A stretch of 64,000 nt of DNA, taken from Eledone cirrhosa. Lineage: Eukaryota. The notes beneath the pieces are model-generated. The model was not told the origin of the DNA. It ran no database searches and saw nothing but the letters and a program-made list of their open reading frames with translations. Position 1 is the first letter of the stretch. Each line of letters starts with the position of its first letter. The DNA lies in contig OZ024746.1 in NCBI GenBank assembly GCA_964016885.1, positions 9,548,001 to 9,612,000 on the forward strand, written 5' to 3'. A program made the translations under genes and the position numbers. Positions 39,651-49,800 of this stretch are shown here, piece after piece.

Positions 39651-39993
39651 GGAGGCACATGGCTTAGTGGTTAGAGCATTGGGCTTGCAATCGAAAGGTT
39701 GTGAGTTCAATTCTCAGACCGGGTGATGTGTTGTTTCCTTGAGCAAGACACTTTATTTCACATTGCTCCAGTTTACTCAGCTGTAGAAATGAGATGATAG
39801 GGGCTGGGGTCCCTATCATTCCACTGCAAAGTGGTCGTGGAGGTGCCACGGCAAAAAAGCACCCAGCACTCACTGTAAATGAGGTTGGTGTAAGGAAGGG
39901 CATCCAGCTGTAGAAATCAAGCCAGCATCAGTTCCCGTCCCACCCTTGCAAGCAGGGAAAAAGCGGACGTAAAATGAAATGATGATGATGATG
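39651..39993 (+). mobile_element. SINE family A, full length (short variant), inserted in (TA)n
   Basis: GGAGGCACATGGCTTAGTGG...GCGGACGTAAAATG..(GAT)n. Confidence 0.92.
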
Positions 39994-40177
39994 ATATATA
40001 TATAAATATATATATATGTCTGTCATTGTCTGGAAGCAACATGCGTTTCACCTGTTACTGTATCTATTTTCTATCATATCATTTATTGTATTACCATTTC
40101 TGATCAAGGTGCCTCCAAGTAACATACTTTAACTATTCCTAGTTATTGTCTCTTACATGTGTCTATATATATATATA

Positions 40178-40332
40178 TAGGAAAATGTATGACCCGGACG
40201 GCAGAGCTCAAACCGTTTCGACGGCTATTTCTGGAGTCCAGAAATAGCCATCGAAACGTCCACTCTACTACCCTAAGTATTGAGTACTCTGGTGCGTTAT
40301 GGTCCATCTGGTTCCTTACCACAACTCCTTCG

Positions 40333-40335
<3 letters not shown>
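40178..40335 (+). mobile_element. Hairpin-plus-tail element, third copy (outer right arm deleted)
   Basis: Same left arm and tail; inner hairpin CGTTTCGACGGCTATTTCTGGA g TCCAGAAATAGCCATCGAAACG. Confidence 0.8.
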
Positions 40336-40369
<34 letters not shown>

Positions 40370-40524
40370 TATACATACATACTCATATACATAGATGCAT
40401 ACACACATACTCATATACATAGATGTATACACAAATACTCATATACATAGATGCATACACATATACATACATATATGTACATACATATACGTACATACAT
40501 ATACATACATACATACATACATAA

Positions 40525-40562
<38 letters not shown>

Positions 40563-40616
40563 AAGTTAAATAAAGTTAAATAAAAGTCAAATGATTAAAA
40601 TTTAGCTTCGTTTATT

Positions 40617-40671
40617 ACTGCTATATATATTTCAGTGACAGCCATCTTTGGCTGTGACCTCTTCAGGCAGT
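40617..40671 (-). ncRNA. Type I hammerhead ribozyme, left arm of a palindrome
   Basis: Exact reverse complement of 40696-40750. Confidence 0.8.
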
Positions 40672-40695
40672 TTGAATTAGTAATTACTAATTCAA

Positions 40696-40750
40696 ACTGC
40701 CTGAAGAGGTCACAGCCAAAGATGGCTGTCACTGAAATATATATAGCAGT
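40696..40750 (+). ncRNA. Type I hammerhead ribozyme, right arm of a palindrome
   Basis: Same sequence as 44290-44344 except ACT instead of ACC before GAAA (G-U wobble at the base of stem II). Confidence 0.8.
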
Positions 40751-40943
40751 AATAAACGAAGCTAAATTTTAATCATTTGACTTTTATTTAACTTTATTTT
40801 ACACTACTCCGGAGTAACCAAACCAACCTGCGCACTTCGTCGAGTGCTCCAGCCTGCATACTGAGATACAACCAACATAAACTCAAAATCTCTATATATA
40901 TATATATATATATGTATATAATAGCATATTACACACAATGACA

Positions 40944-40982
<39 letters not shown>

Positions 40983-42569
40983 AAAGGCTAAAAAGGACGA
41001 TTGATTATTCCTTCATTGCATTTATTGATAGGTGACGCGCGTTTCGCCACTGATCAGCTCAAGGTTCGATCTATATCGATCCTACCCGATAATTGGCAGC
41101 TCGACGGACCCTCTTAAGATGCTATAAGAAAAATAAATATGTATATATATGTCTGTCATTGTGTGTAATATGCTATTTGAAGAAAGTTCTAAGCAGTCGC
41201 TTGACCTACTAGCTCAGCTTTCACTTACTGTCTTTGAAACAAAGGAAGAAGGGATTAGATTATGTAGTATTAGAGACAATGTTGGAATAAAAGAGAAGAT
41301 AGTGATGACAGGAATACTTCTTTATTATATATCCACTCAGTCTTGTCTGATCTCCAGATAAACAAGAACAACATTTAAATTTTTAATTATAATTCATTAA
41401 AAAGGTAGTCATTAGAGTCATAACCACCTTGTGATATTTGTCCTGCTTCTCTGCATTCTGGGTTTAAATCCTACAGGTATCAACATTGCTTTTCATGTCT
41501 TTGGTGACCAAAATTAGTCCTTTAGCATTAAACCGACCATATCTGGCCAGAATTCTCTCAATTGTTTCTCTTCAAACTGGCTATAACTCGCTGCTTATAT
41601 TGATGTTAAGGTATTTTTCTCAAAATAAATAGTATCAAAATTTCATAGATTCGATATTATGTGAAATAGTGTTTACAATGAAAATACAGTAGTAAATATA
41701 ATGTAAATGGTAAAGGATTAAGAACTAGTGCAGGATACTAGATAGGCAGAATTGCATGGAGCATCAGGTGAGACACAATGTGATACCACCTCCTTTGGCT
41801 CTTTGCAGTCTCGGATCTAATTATCCAGTTTACTAATATCCCATTAATAATATTACAAAGTGCTGCCATTAAATCCATTGTAAAACAAAATATTGCTTAT
41901 GAAACATCAAATTACATTATATCTGGAGGGTTCAGCAGGATTTTTATAATTCATTTATTATTTTTTTTTATTCAGTTTTGGTATTGTAAAATTGTCATTA
42001 CCACTCCAATGTACTTTCACTACTCCCCTATACTTATTGAATTATAGTCATCATTCTGTAGTATAATGTAAACAAATCTATTTTGCCCATACTATTTATG
42101 TTTAAATGTCAGAAACTATCATTTCAATCTTGGCTATAGTTCACTTTTAACCTTTATTTATGTCATTGCCATATTTCTAATGAAAGTTAGTCTATGATTT
42201 TCAAAAGTAATCAAGAATTTGGAGGGATTGAGTAATATAACTTTTTCATTAAGCTGGTCATAACTTAAAAAAGATTCATTAAGCTGATCATAACTTAAAA
42301 AAGATTCTTATATAAAACTATGATGGAAGATTTTAACATGAAGATTTTTTTTATTGATTTCAGAGGAGTTGGTATGAAAGGGTTAATTATTTTTTAATTA
42401 CTTTAGAACTTGTTTCTAGGATTCAAATTTAAAAATTTCTTTTGGAAGTCTCTATTAATGAAAGTATATTCATATGCATTCAACTGTCCCCTAAATCAGT
42501 GTTAGATTATATTACACACACTCACAAACACACACACACACACACATATACACATATATACATAGTTGC

Positions 42570-42607
<38 letters not shown>

Positions 42608-42636
42608 GTTGCATTATTTAATGTGCTAATGTGCTA

Positions 42637-42820
42637 GGGCGGTGGATTGGCAGTATCGGTAGAGGGTCGGATGCCATGCTTTCCAGCATAGTTACGTCCT
42701 TTTACGATCTGAGTTCAAATCCCGCCGAGGTTGACTTTGCCTTTCATCCTTACGGGGTCGATAAAGTACCAGTAATGCACTGGGTAATTGCTGGCCTTGT
42801 GCCAAAAGTAGAAACAATTA
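42637..42820 (+). mobile_element. SINE family B with TSD
   Basis: ATTATTTAATGTGCTAATG is duplicated at 42613-42631 and 42817-42835. Confidence 0.9.
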
Positions 42821-43739
42821 TTTAATGTGCTAATGCACAAGGCAAGTAGTGTAAATTATTAATAGAAAACTCTTACAGCTAAGATTGAATATGAATTCTT
42901 TATACTGAATCTTGACAATGTGGCAAACCAACTAAAAGAATTTAATGAAATTTTCACTGTTGCCCTTTGCTGACAGTTTTATGTTTATTTTATACCATAT
43001 AATTGGATCAATTTTCATTGTCTTTAGTCTTTCCTTGGCTTTCTTATCTGCCTTTTATAGCTTTGGTCCTCCCCAACTCTCTTAGATTTTAACTAACATA
43101 CTCCTTCACTGTCATTGGAAAGACCATTTGGAGTTAAATATTTGGTTTATGAGCCTAATAATATTCAAGCATTTCTCTTACATATATTCAAATCTATTTT
43201 CTAAGTGAATGTCATCCATTTTATTCCACTGAATCAGTTTCTAAATGTAAAAATAAATGTGTCCGGTTGCTAAAGTGTTGAATTGTACTTTCCTAAAAAT
43301 AGAAATTTAGAGAAGGCATCAATCAGCAATTCTGAAAATAAAATAGCTACTTATTTCTTATTGTGAGTGTGAGCTTGTTCAGTTTATTTTCCCTGTTCCT
43401 TGCTCCATCAATTTTATTCCTTTCCTGAATGAGCTAAACAAAGAAATATTTAGTTTAAGTAGCTGAGAAATAAACTGGTTTAAAGATAAATCTTTTATAA
43501 ACTTTAGAAACAATATAAAAATAAAATAAAATAAAAACAACCCAAATAATGTTAAATTTTACTGTGGGTGTTCTTTACAATCTTTTGAAATATCAAATGA
43601 ATTCTTTACTCTTTGCATTTAATATAACATGTCAATATTTTATAAGGTAGCTATTTCAATTCATCAAATCATTTCCTGATTCATACAAAAGACACAAAAT
43701 ATACTATTTTAATAGTGAGATGTTTTATTTTGTTCATTT

Positions 43740-43815
<76 letters not shown>

Positions 43816-44066
43816 GTATATATTTTTGCAAATTTTGCTCTTAAAAATTACAAAAACAAGATTTGATTCTCAAAACATTGAATTGAGTAACATTAGTTAA
43901 AAGAAATACTAATGAAATATTTTGTTTCTTGTTTAACCCAGAGAAGATTTAATTGAAAATGGTATTTTGAATTTGTTTAATTCATTTAAAATTCTTTAGT
44001 TAACTCTTTATATGTATAAATATTATCAGACTAGCCAGGCAATATTTCCTTAATATATATATATAT

Positions 44067-44382
44067 ATTTTGAGTATATGTTGGTTGTATACCAACACAT
44101 CAGTATGCAGATTGGCGCACTCGGCAAAGTGCGCAGGTTGGTTTGGTTACTCCGGAGTAATGTAAAATAAAATAAAATAAATAAATCAAATGTTTAAAAT
44201 TTGGCTTCGAGTACACTGGGCATATCAGAGTATTGACAAAGTTAAACACCTCAACAACATGTGTACTCGTCTCTACCACACTAATTCGGACTGCCTGAAG
44301 AGGTCACAGCCAAAGATGGCTGTCACCGAAATATATATAGCAGTAATAAACGAAGCCATATTTTAAACATTTGACTTATTTA

Positions 44383-44385
<3 letters not shown>
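44067..44385. mobile_element. Penelope-like pseudo-LTR remnant: an inverted 3' piece followed by a forward hammerhead-bearing piece
   Basis: 44067-44210 is antisense to 40755-40890; 44281-44385 is sense to 40687-40790. Flanked by (TA)n. Confidence 0.62.
44290..44344 (+). ncRNA. Type I hammerhead ribozyme (Penelope-like-element type)
   Basis: ACTGC (stem I) - CTGAAGA core - GGTcACAGCCA aaga TGGCTGTcACC (stem II) - GAAA - TATATA (short palindromic stem III/loop) - TA - GCAGT (stem I'), followed by AATAAA. Predicted cleavage after A44339. Confidence 0.85.
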
Positions 44386-44413
<28 letters not shown>

Positions 44414-45083
44414 ATAAAAGAGAAAGCACTGGTAAGCATTAAAAAAAAACGATTTTATCCAGATATTTACGACCGTTTCATTGGTAAGTGCAACCTTATA
44501 TTGCTAAACTGCAAATAGCAGCCACTCAATAATAATTGTTGTTCACCTCTCTCTCTCCCTCTCTCTCTCCCTCCCTCTCTCTCCCCCACTATAAACAATT
44601 TAATTCTCTTTAACTCCCTACACTGTAAATTGACGACATCAAGTCTACGAATCAAAACTGATCTAGGAATCCTTCCACCTTTACCCCTCCCTCCATCTCC
44701 GTTTGTCACTCTACTTCCTAATTCTTCTCCCCCACCCTCTCTCTCTATACTAGTATATACAATTCAAAAAAAATGTTTTTTTATATATTAAGAACGTTTT
44801 ACGAGTAACTTATTCATTATTTTGAAAATTTGGAGGTGAACAACAATTATTATCGAGTGGCTGCTATTTGCAGTATACCAATATAACATTGCACTTACCA
44901 ATGAAACGGTCGTAAATACCTGGATAAAATCCTTTTTTTTAATGCTTACCTGTGTTTTCTCTTTTATTCTTTATACTCCAAGATTGAACGTGATTCTTAC
45001 AAACTTGTGGAGTTACATCTAACTGTACGTTGAAACCGTCCATGAAACTGGATTACAATAAGCAATTTTCTGCTTCCCTAACT

Positions 45084-45397
45084 ATCATCATCATCATCAT
45101 TTCATTTTACGTCCACTTTTCCCTGCTTGCAAGGGTGGGACTGGATGCCCTTCCTAACACCAACCTCATTTTCAGTGAGTGCTGGGTGCTTTTTTGCCGT
45201 GGCACCTCCACGACCACTTTGCAGTGGAATGATAGGGAACCCAGTCCCTATCATCTCATTTCTACAGCTGAGTAAACTGGAGCAATGTGAAATAAAGTGT
45301 CTTGCTCAAGGAAACAACACATCACCCGGTCTGAGAATTGAACTCACAACCTTTCGATTGCAAGGCCAATGCTCTAACCACTAAGCTATGTACCTCC
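45084..45397 (-). mobile_element. SINE family A with an about 29-bp deletion in the tail
   Basis: Aligns to 3171-3504. Confidence 0.9.
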
Positions 45398-45849
45398 ATA
45401 TATATATATATATACATACAAAATGTACACATCATACGTACTTATACATATGTGTGTATGTGTGTGAAATTAATTCTATGTTCATTAAACTTACTGACCT
45501 GGATAAAAATGAGATTTTAAATTGAAAATTAATCATACCTATTTCTGCAATGCTGAATTGAATGAATTTCAGCATTATTTATTAAGTGAACTTCATTATT
45601 TTCATCTTAATCAACACTACAGTAACCACTAAATTATGTATGTATGTGGCAAAGGCTGATTGCTTAGAAGGAAAGTTTTCTTTGAAATCTATTTGTGATT
45701 TTATTTATTATGAGCTTTTGTTTTTTCTATATTGGTTTTGCCTGGAAAAGCAAGTTGTCTCGATTGCATTTGTAAACCCTCCTAGACCGGTGATCAATGA
45801 GATTTAAATGCCTCTTGAACAGTTGAAATTTGAAAGCTCCAGAAAAAGA

Positions 45850-46090
45850 GAAGACATTCTAGAGGACTGTAGCATTTAGGCAGGAGTATAGAAGGTAAAG
45901 ACAATATGAATGGTGGAGGAAGAGAGAAGAGTGAGTTGGGAGTTCTGGAATAGAAGTGGCAATGAAGCAGCTAACTCTGAGAAGCAAATATAATTGTAGT
46001 AGTGGTAGACAAGGTAAAAAGAGAAGACAACTTGTCTGTTGGGTAGAGGTTGGTGTGAAATGTTGAGCAATTTCATATTCATCAGTTGAG
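45850..46090 (-). mobile_element. Old CR1/L2-group LINE RT C-terminal remnant
   Basis: ORF 45876-46082 (HQPLPNRQVVFSFYLVYHYYNYICFSELAASLP) resembles the LQPL.HRR.VASL.LFYRYY.G.CSSELA pattern. Confidence 0.5.
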
Positions 46091-48523
46091 AGACCTTTAT
46101 TTTGATGCTATCTAGGATGTGTGTTCATGTAAGAGTAACACCTCAAAGTAGTACTCCACTGTAAGTCTCATCTCAACCTTGTGGAGTGTAAGTAGTTGTT
46201 GAAGGCTGATAATAATCTCCAGATTAGATTGAACATACTATTTTGTCTTTAAATGTTTTTACCTTCAAATTTCTGTTTAAGATCATTGACTTGTTAATGC
46301 TTTCATTACATTTAGTACAACATCAAAATAATTTCTCTCTGCTAGTAAAAATCTCACATCATTAGCAGCAGCAGCAATATACATCATATCACTGTTTATC
46401 TTGGTATTACTTTTAGCATTTTTCATAGCCTGTTTCTGTTGGAAAGACGTTCTATCATCACCATATATCACTTCTTTATACTCAGCAATCAACACTCATT
46501 CACATCACATATCCATATTAACATACATCAGATGATATATGCTGGGATTGACATGTGATGTGACTGAGTGATGACACATGATGCATAACCACTCTTATAT
46601 TAATTATATTCTGGTTTTCATATAAGTTAATATGGCATGTCTACTTATTCATACTTGATTTATTGTTCTGAGGCTCCAAAGGCCTCCACGTTCAGTGCTT
46701 ATATTACTCTAATGAGCAGCAGTCAAGTTCTCTTACAAGGTTCATACAATTCTTCTTTTATATAAAGAGAGAAACCCATAAGTCACCTTAATCAGCTCAT
46801 TTGATTGAAGAACAAAATAACAATAACAACCTTCTATTACCAATACAAGAAACAACTAAATCCAACATATATATACACCTCTCTTCTTTTAATTACTAGA
46901 CGTTCAGCACTATATGAATCAGGTAGGTCACAGAAACTATCTACTACTGTTATCTAAGTAGTTCATCAGCTTCATCTGATAGGTATAGCTACATCTGTTT
47001 CTCAGTCAGTCTTCCATAGATCCCCCTTACATATTTTGTGTGTCCATTGTTTACACTGATTACACAGAATTAAGTTCCTAACAACTCTCTTTCTATGTAT
47101 TGAGCAATGCTACTTTCTCAGTGCTACTCAATGCTACTTTCTCAGTGACATGGGGTTTATTATAAACCCTGAGGTCAATGGACAAATTAGAACTTTATCA
47201 TGTTGAGTATCAGGCATTTCTTACAAGTTGCATTTAACTGCTCAACAGATTCTTCTCAGTAAAATAGTTTGTCAGCATACAAAGCATTCCTGTTCATTTT
47301 GTTTTCCAGATGATAATGTTAATGTTCATTTAGTCTTGATGGAAACAGTTATCACATGAAGAGTTTTTTAATGTTTTTACCCTTTAGGGAGAGAAGGACA
47401 ACGTCTATGACATATTTAAAGGCCTCCAAGACTGGTAGGAGTAAGGTATTACACATTTTACCTGGTCAGAATAGTTGCAACAGAGCGGACTCCACTAAAT
47501 CACCCAAAGGTTAGATGGTGGTTTTAAATCAAGCAACAGATTAAGTTTACCATCCAAGTAGGCTGACAGTGGTATTTGAATTGAGAAGACAAAGAGCTGA
47601 AATAGATACCAGAAGACATTACATCAGATTCTCTAACAGTTTTACTATTCCAGTGCCTTAGACTGGTACATATTATATTGAGCCTGAAACTATGAAAGGC
47701 AACATTGAATTAAGCAGGATTTCAGAACAAATAATAGTTTCTATTAGTTTTATTTTAATGGAAGGGCTAAGTTGGTTAAATCAACCCTGGCAGGATTTGA
47801 ACTCGGAACGTAAAGGGCCTTGACTATGTGCTGCAACGCATGTTGTCCGACACCAATACTGCTAATCCACCCACAAGCTAGAACATATAATGTAAAACAT
47901 TTTGTCCTATGCTCTAATGATTCTGCCAATTCATTGCCTGTACATGAATATAATTGTTAATATAGTTTGAAGAGAGAAATGGCTATGACAATCCTTATTT
48001 TGTTAGATACACGACATGATGACATATTAGAAATGTGTCAATGACCTGAGTTCTAGGACCCTGCACTACCACCAATCATAGTATGTGTTGCACTACAAGC
48101 TTAAATAAAATTTTTACATGCCTCAGACATGCCTTTTTACATGCCTCAGAGTTGAAAATATGTCATCAATTACATTTTTCAACTGCGTGCTTATCACATT
48201 CACAAGCTTCAAGCTATAACAATAATTCATGTAAAATACCTACATATGCTAATTATTTTATCCTTTTAGTGCCAGTAGGAGAAATAAATATAAAGTAAAT
48301 AATGTTTGCAATTGTACATATATTTCATGGAAATATATTGTGGCTTGGTAGACTTTATAGGGAATAACTGAATTTACAATCCTCCAGTAGCAATTTAGAT
48401 GCTCTGAAACCAGCATTTTAAATCAAGTTCATGCAAATTTATATATCTGACTGCATATTTTTCTGTTATTACTTTCACTGTATTGGTCTGTGTATTTTTA
48501 GTTTTCTCATTCTCTCTCTTCCC

Positions 48524-48622
<99 letters not shown>

Positions 48623-49340
48623 ATACTGATTTTTGTACCATTCTAATCTCATGTCCCTTTCCTTCTCCTACTGTTTTGCATCAAGTAGAATAATTTATGA
48701 TTTTTTTTGTTCTTCTTTTGAGCTTGAAGTATTGTTCAATAAAAATTATACGCTAAATGTTCAAATCCAGTTTAAGTCTTTCATTACCAACCTAGCAAAA
48801 ATTGGTTCTGGCCCTATGAAACAAAATCACATATTTTAAAGGGCTCTTCAAAGTCTTCCAATATAATTTTATATAAGAACGATATATATCTTAATAATGA
48901 AATAATTATTAATTTTAATTAATCCCTCAAAAGTTTTTTTAATTAATTGAAATACAACGTACTTCATTACAAATGATGTCATAAAAAGATTAAAGTTTAA
49001 TATTTTGCATTGTATTTATAAAAATAGCTATTTTTCTCTCTCTCATCATGTGTATCAATCTTCAATGTAAAGCATTTAGTACAGACCTCATCTAGTTAAT
49101 GTTAAATTCTATGTTTTTTGCCATCATATGTCGATGCATATTTCGAATTATTTATATCTCCAGTTCAGCCCATGGAAATTGGATTTCCCATTGTTAGCAA
49201 ATTCCAAACCTATGCCACATCATAGATGTACAGGTAAAATGAAGTGGAGGAAACTTTGTTTACCAAACTGGATGCATTCAGTAATATCTAAATGTTCATT
49301 CAAAATGTTGATGTTTTACATGGTAAATTGTATATATATA

Positions 49341-49800
49341 TCATCATCATCATCATCACCGTTTTACGTCCGTTCTTCCACGCTAGCATGGGTTAGACGG
49401 GTTGTCCTGTTGTGGGCAGTGTCTGGTCGGCTGACCATGCCTTGCTCATACAGGAACTGATCTGGCTTGATTTCTACAGCTGGATGCCCTTCCTAACACC
49501 AACCTCATTTACAGTGAGTGCTGGGTGCTTTTTCGTGGCGCCTACACGTCCACTTTACAGTGTGGGCTGGGTGCTTTTTTGCCTTGGCACCTCCACGACC
49601 ACCTTGCGGTGGGGGGGGGGGCATATTGTTTATATGCTTCAGCATGTACCCATGGGAGGTCGGGTACCCTGTATTACTGCGTGACGCCAGAAGTCACGGT
49701 CGTGTGTCATTGACTTTGAGAGGTGTAGTTGGGTAAGGTCGGCTTTTATCACCTCATCCCAAGTCATCTTGGGTCTCCCCACTCCGCGGTTTCCATCAAC
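49341..49800 (-). mobile_element. 5'-truncated RTE LINE with complete 3' UTR
   Basis: Encodes VDGNRGVGRPKMTWDEVIKADLTQLHLS...; 3' UTR shared with the SINE A tail. Confidence 0.9.

Larger units (their letters stand above)
40568..40890. mobile_element. Penelope-like pseudo-LTR remnant with an inverted (palindromic) duplication
   Basis: Perfect palindrome 40568-40799 carrying two hammerheads. The segment 40755-40890 matches the reverse complement of about 44067-44210. Embedded in (TA)n. The PLE assignment is inferred from hammerhead + AATAAA + inverted arrangement. Confidence 0.65.

Noticed and set aside
38858-39667. Longest ORF (269 aa) and the many other YI/MYV/THT ORFs
   Set aside because: Stop-free readings of (TA)/(TG)/(TATG) microsatellites.
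39651-39722. tRNA gene (A/B boxes, CTTGCAA loop resembling Ala-TGC)
   Set aside because: It is the head of a multi-copy SINE; the acceptor and anticodon stems are imperfect.
46980-47330. Possible BEL/Pao RT remnant (minus strand NALYADKL...ESVEQ)
   Set aside because: Too short and degenerate to support without an HMM search.
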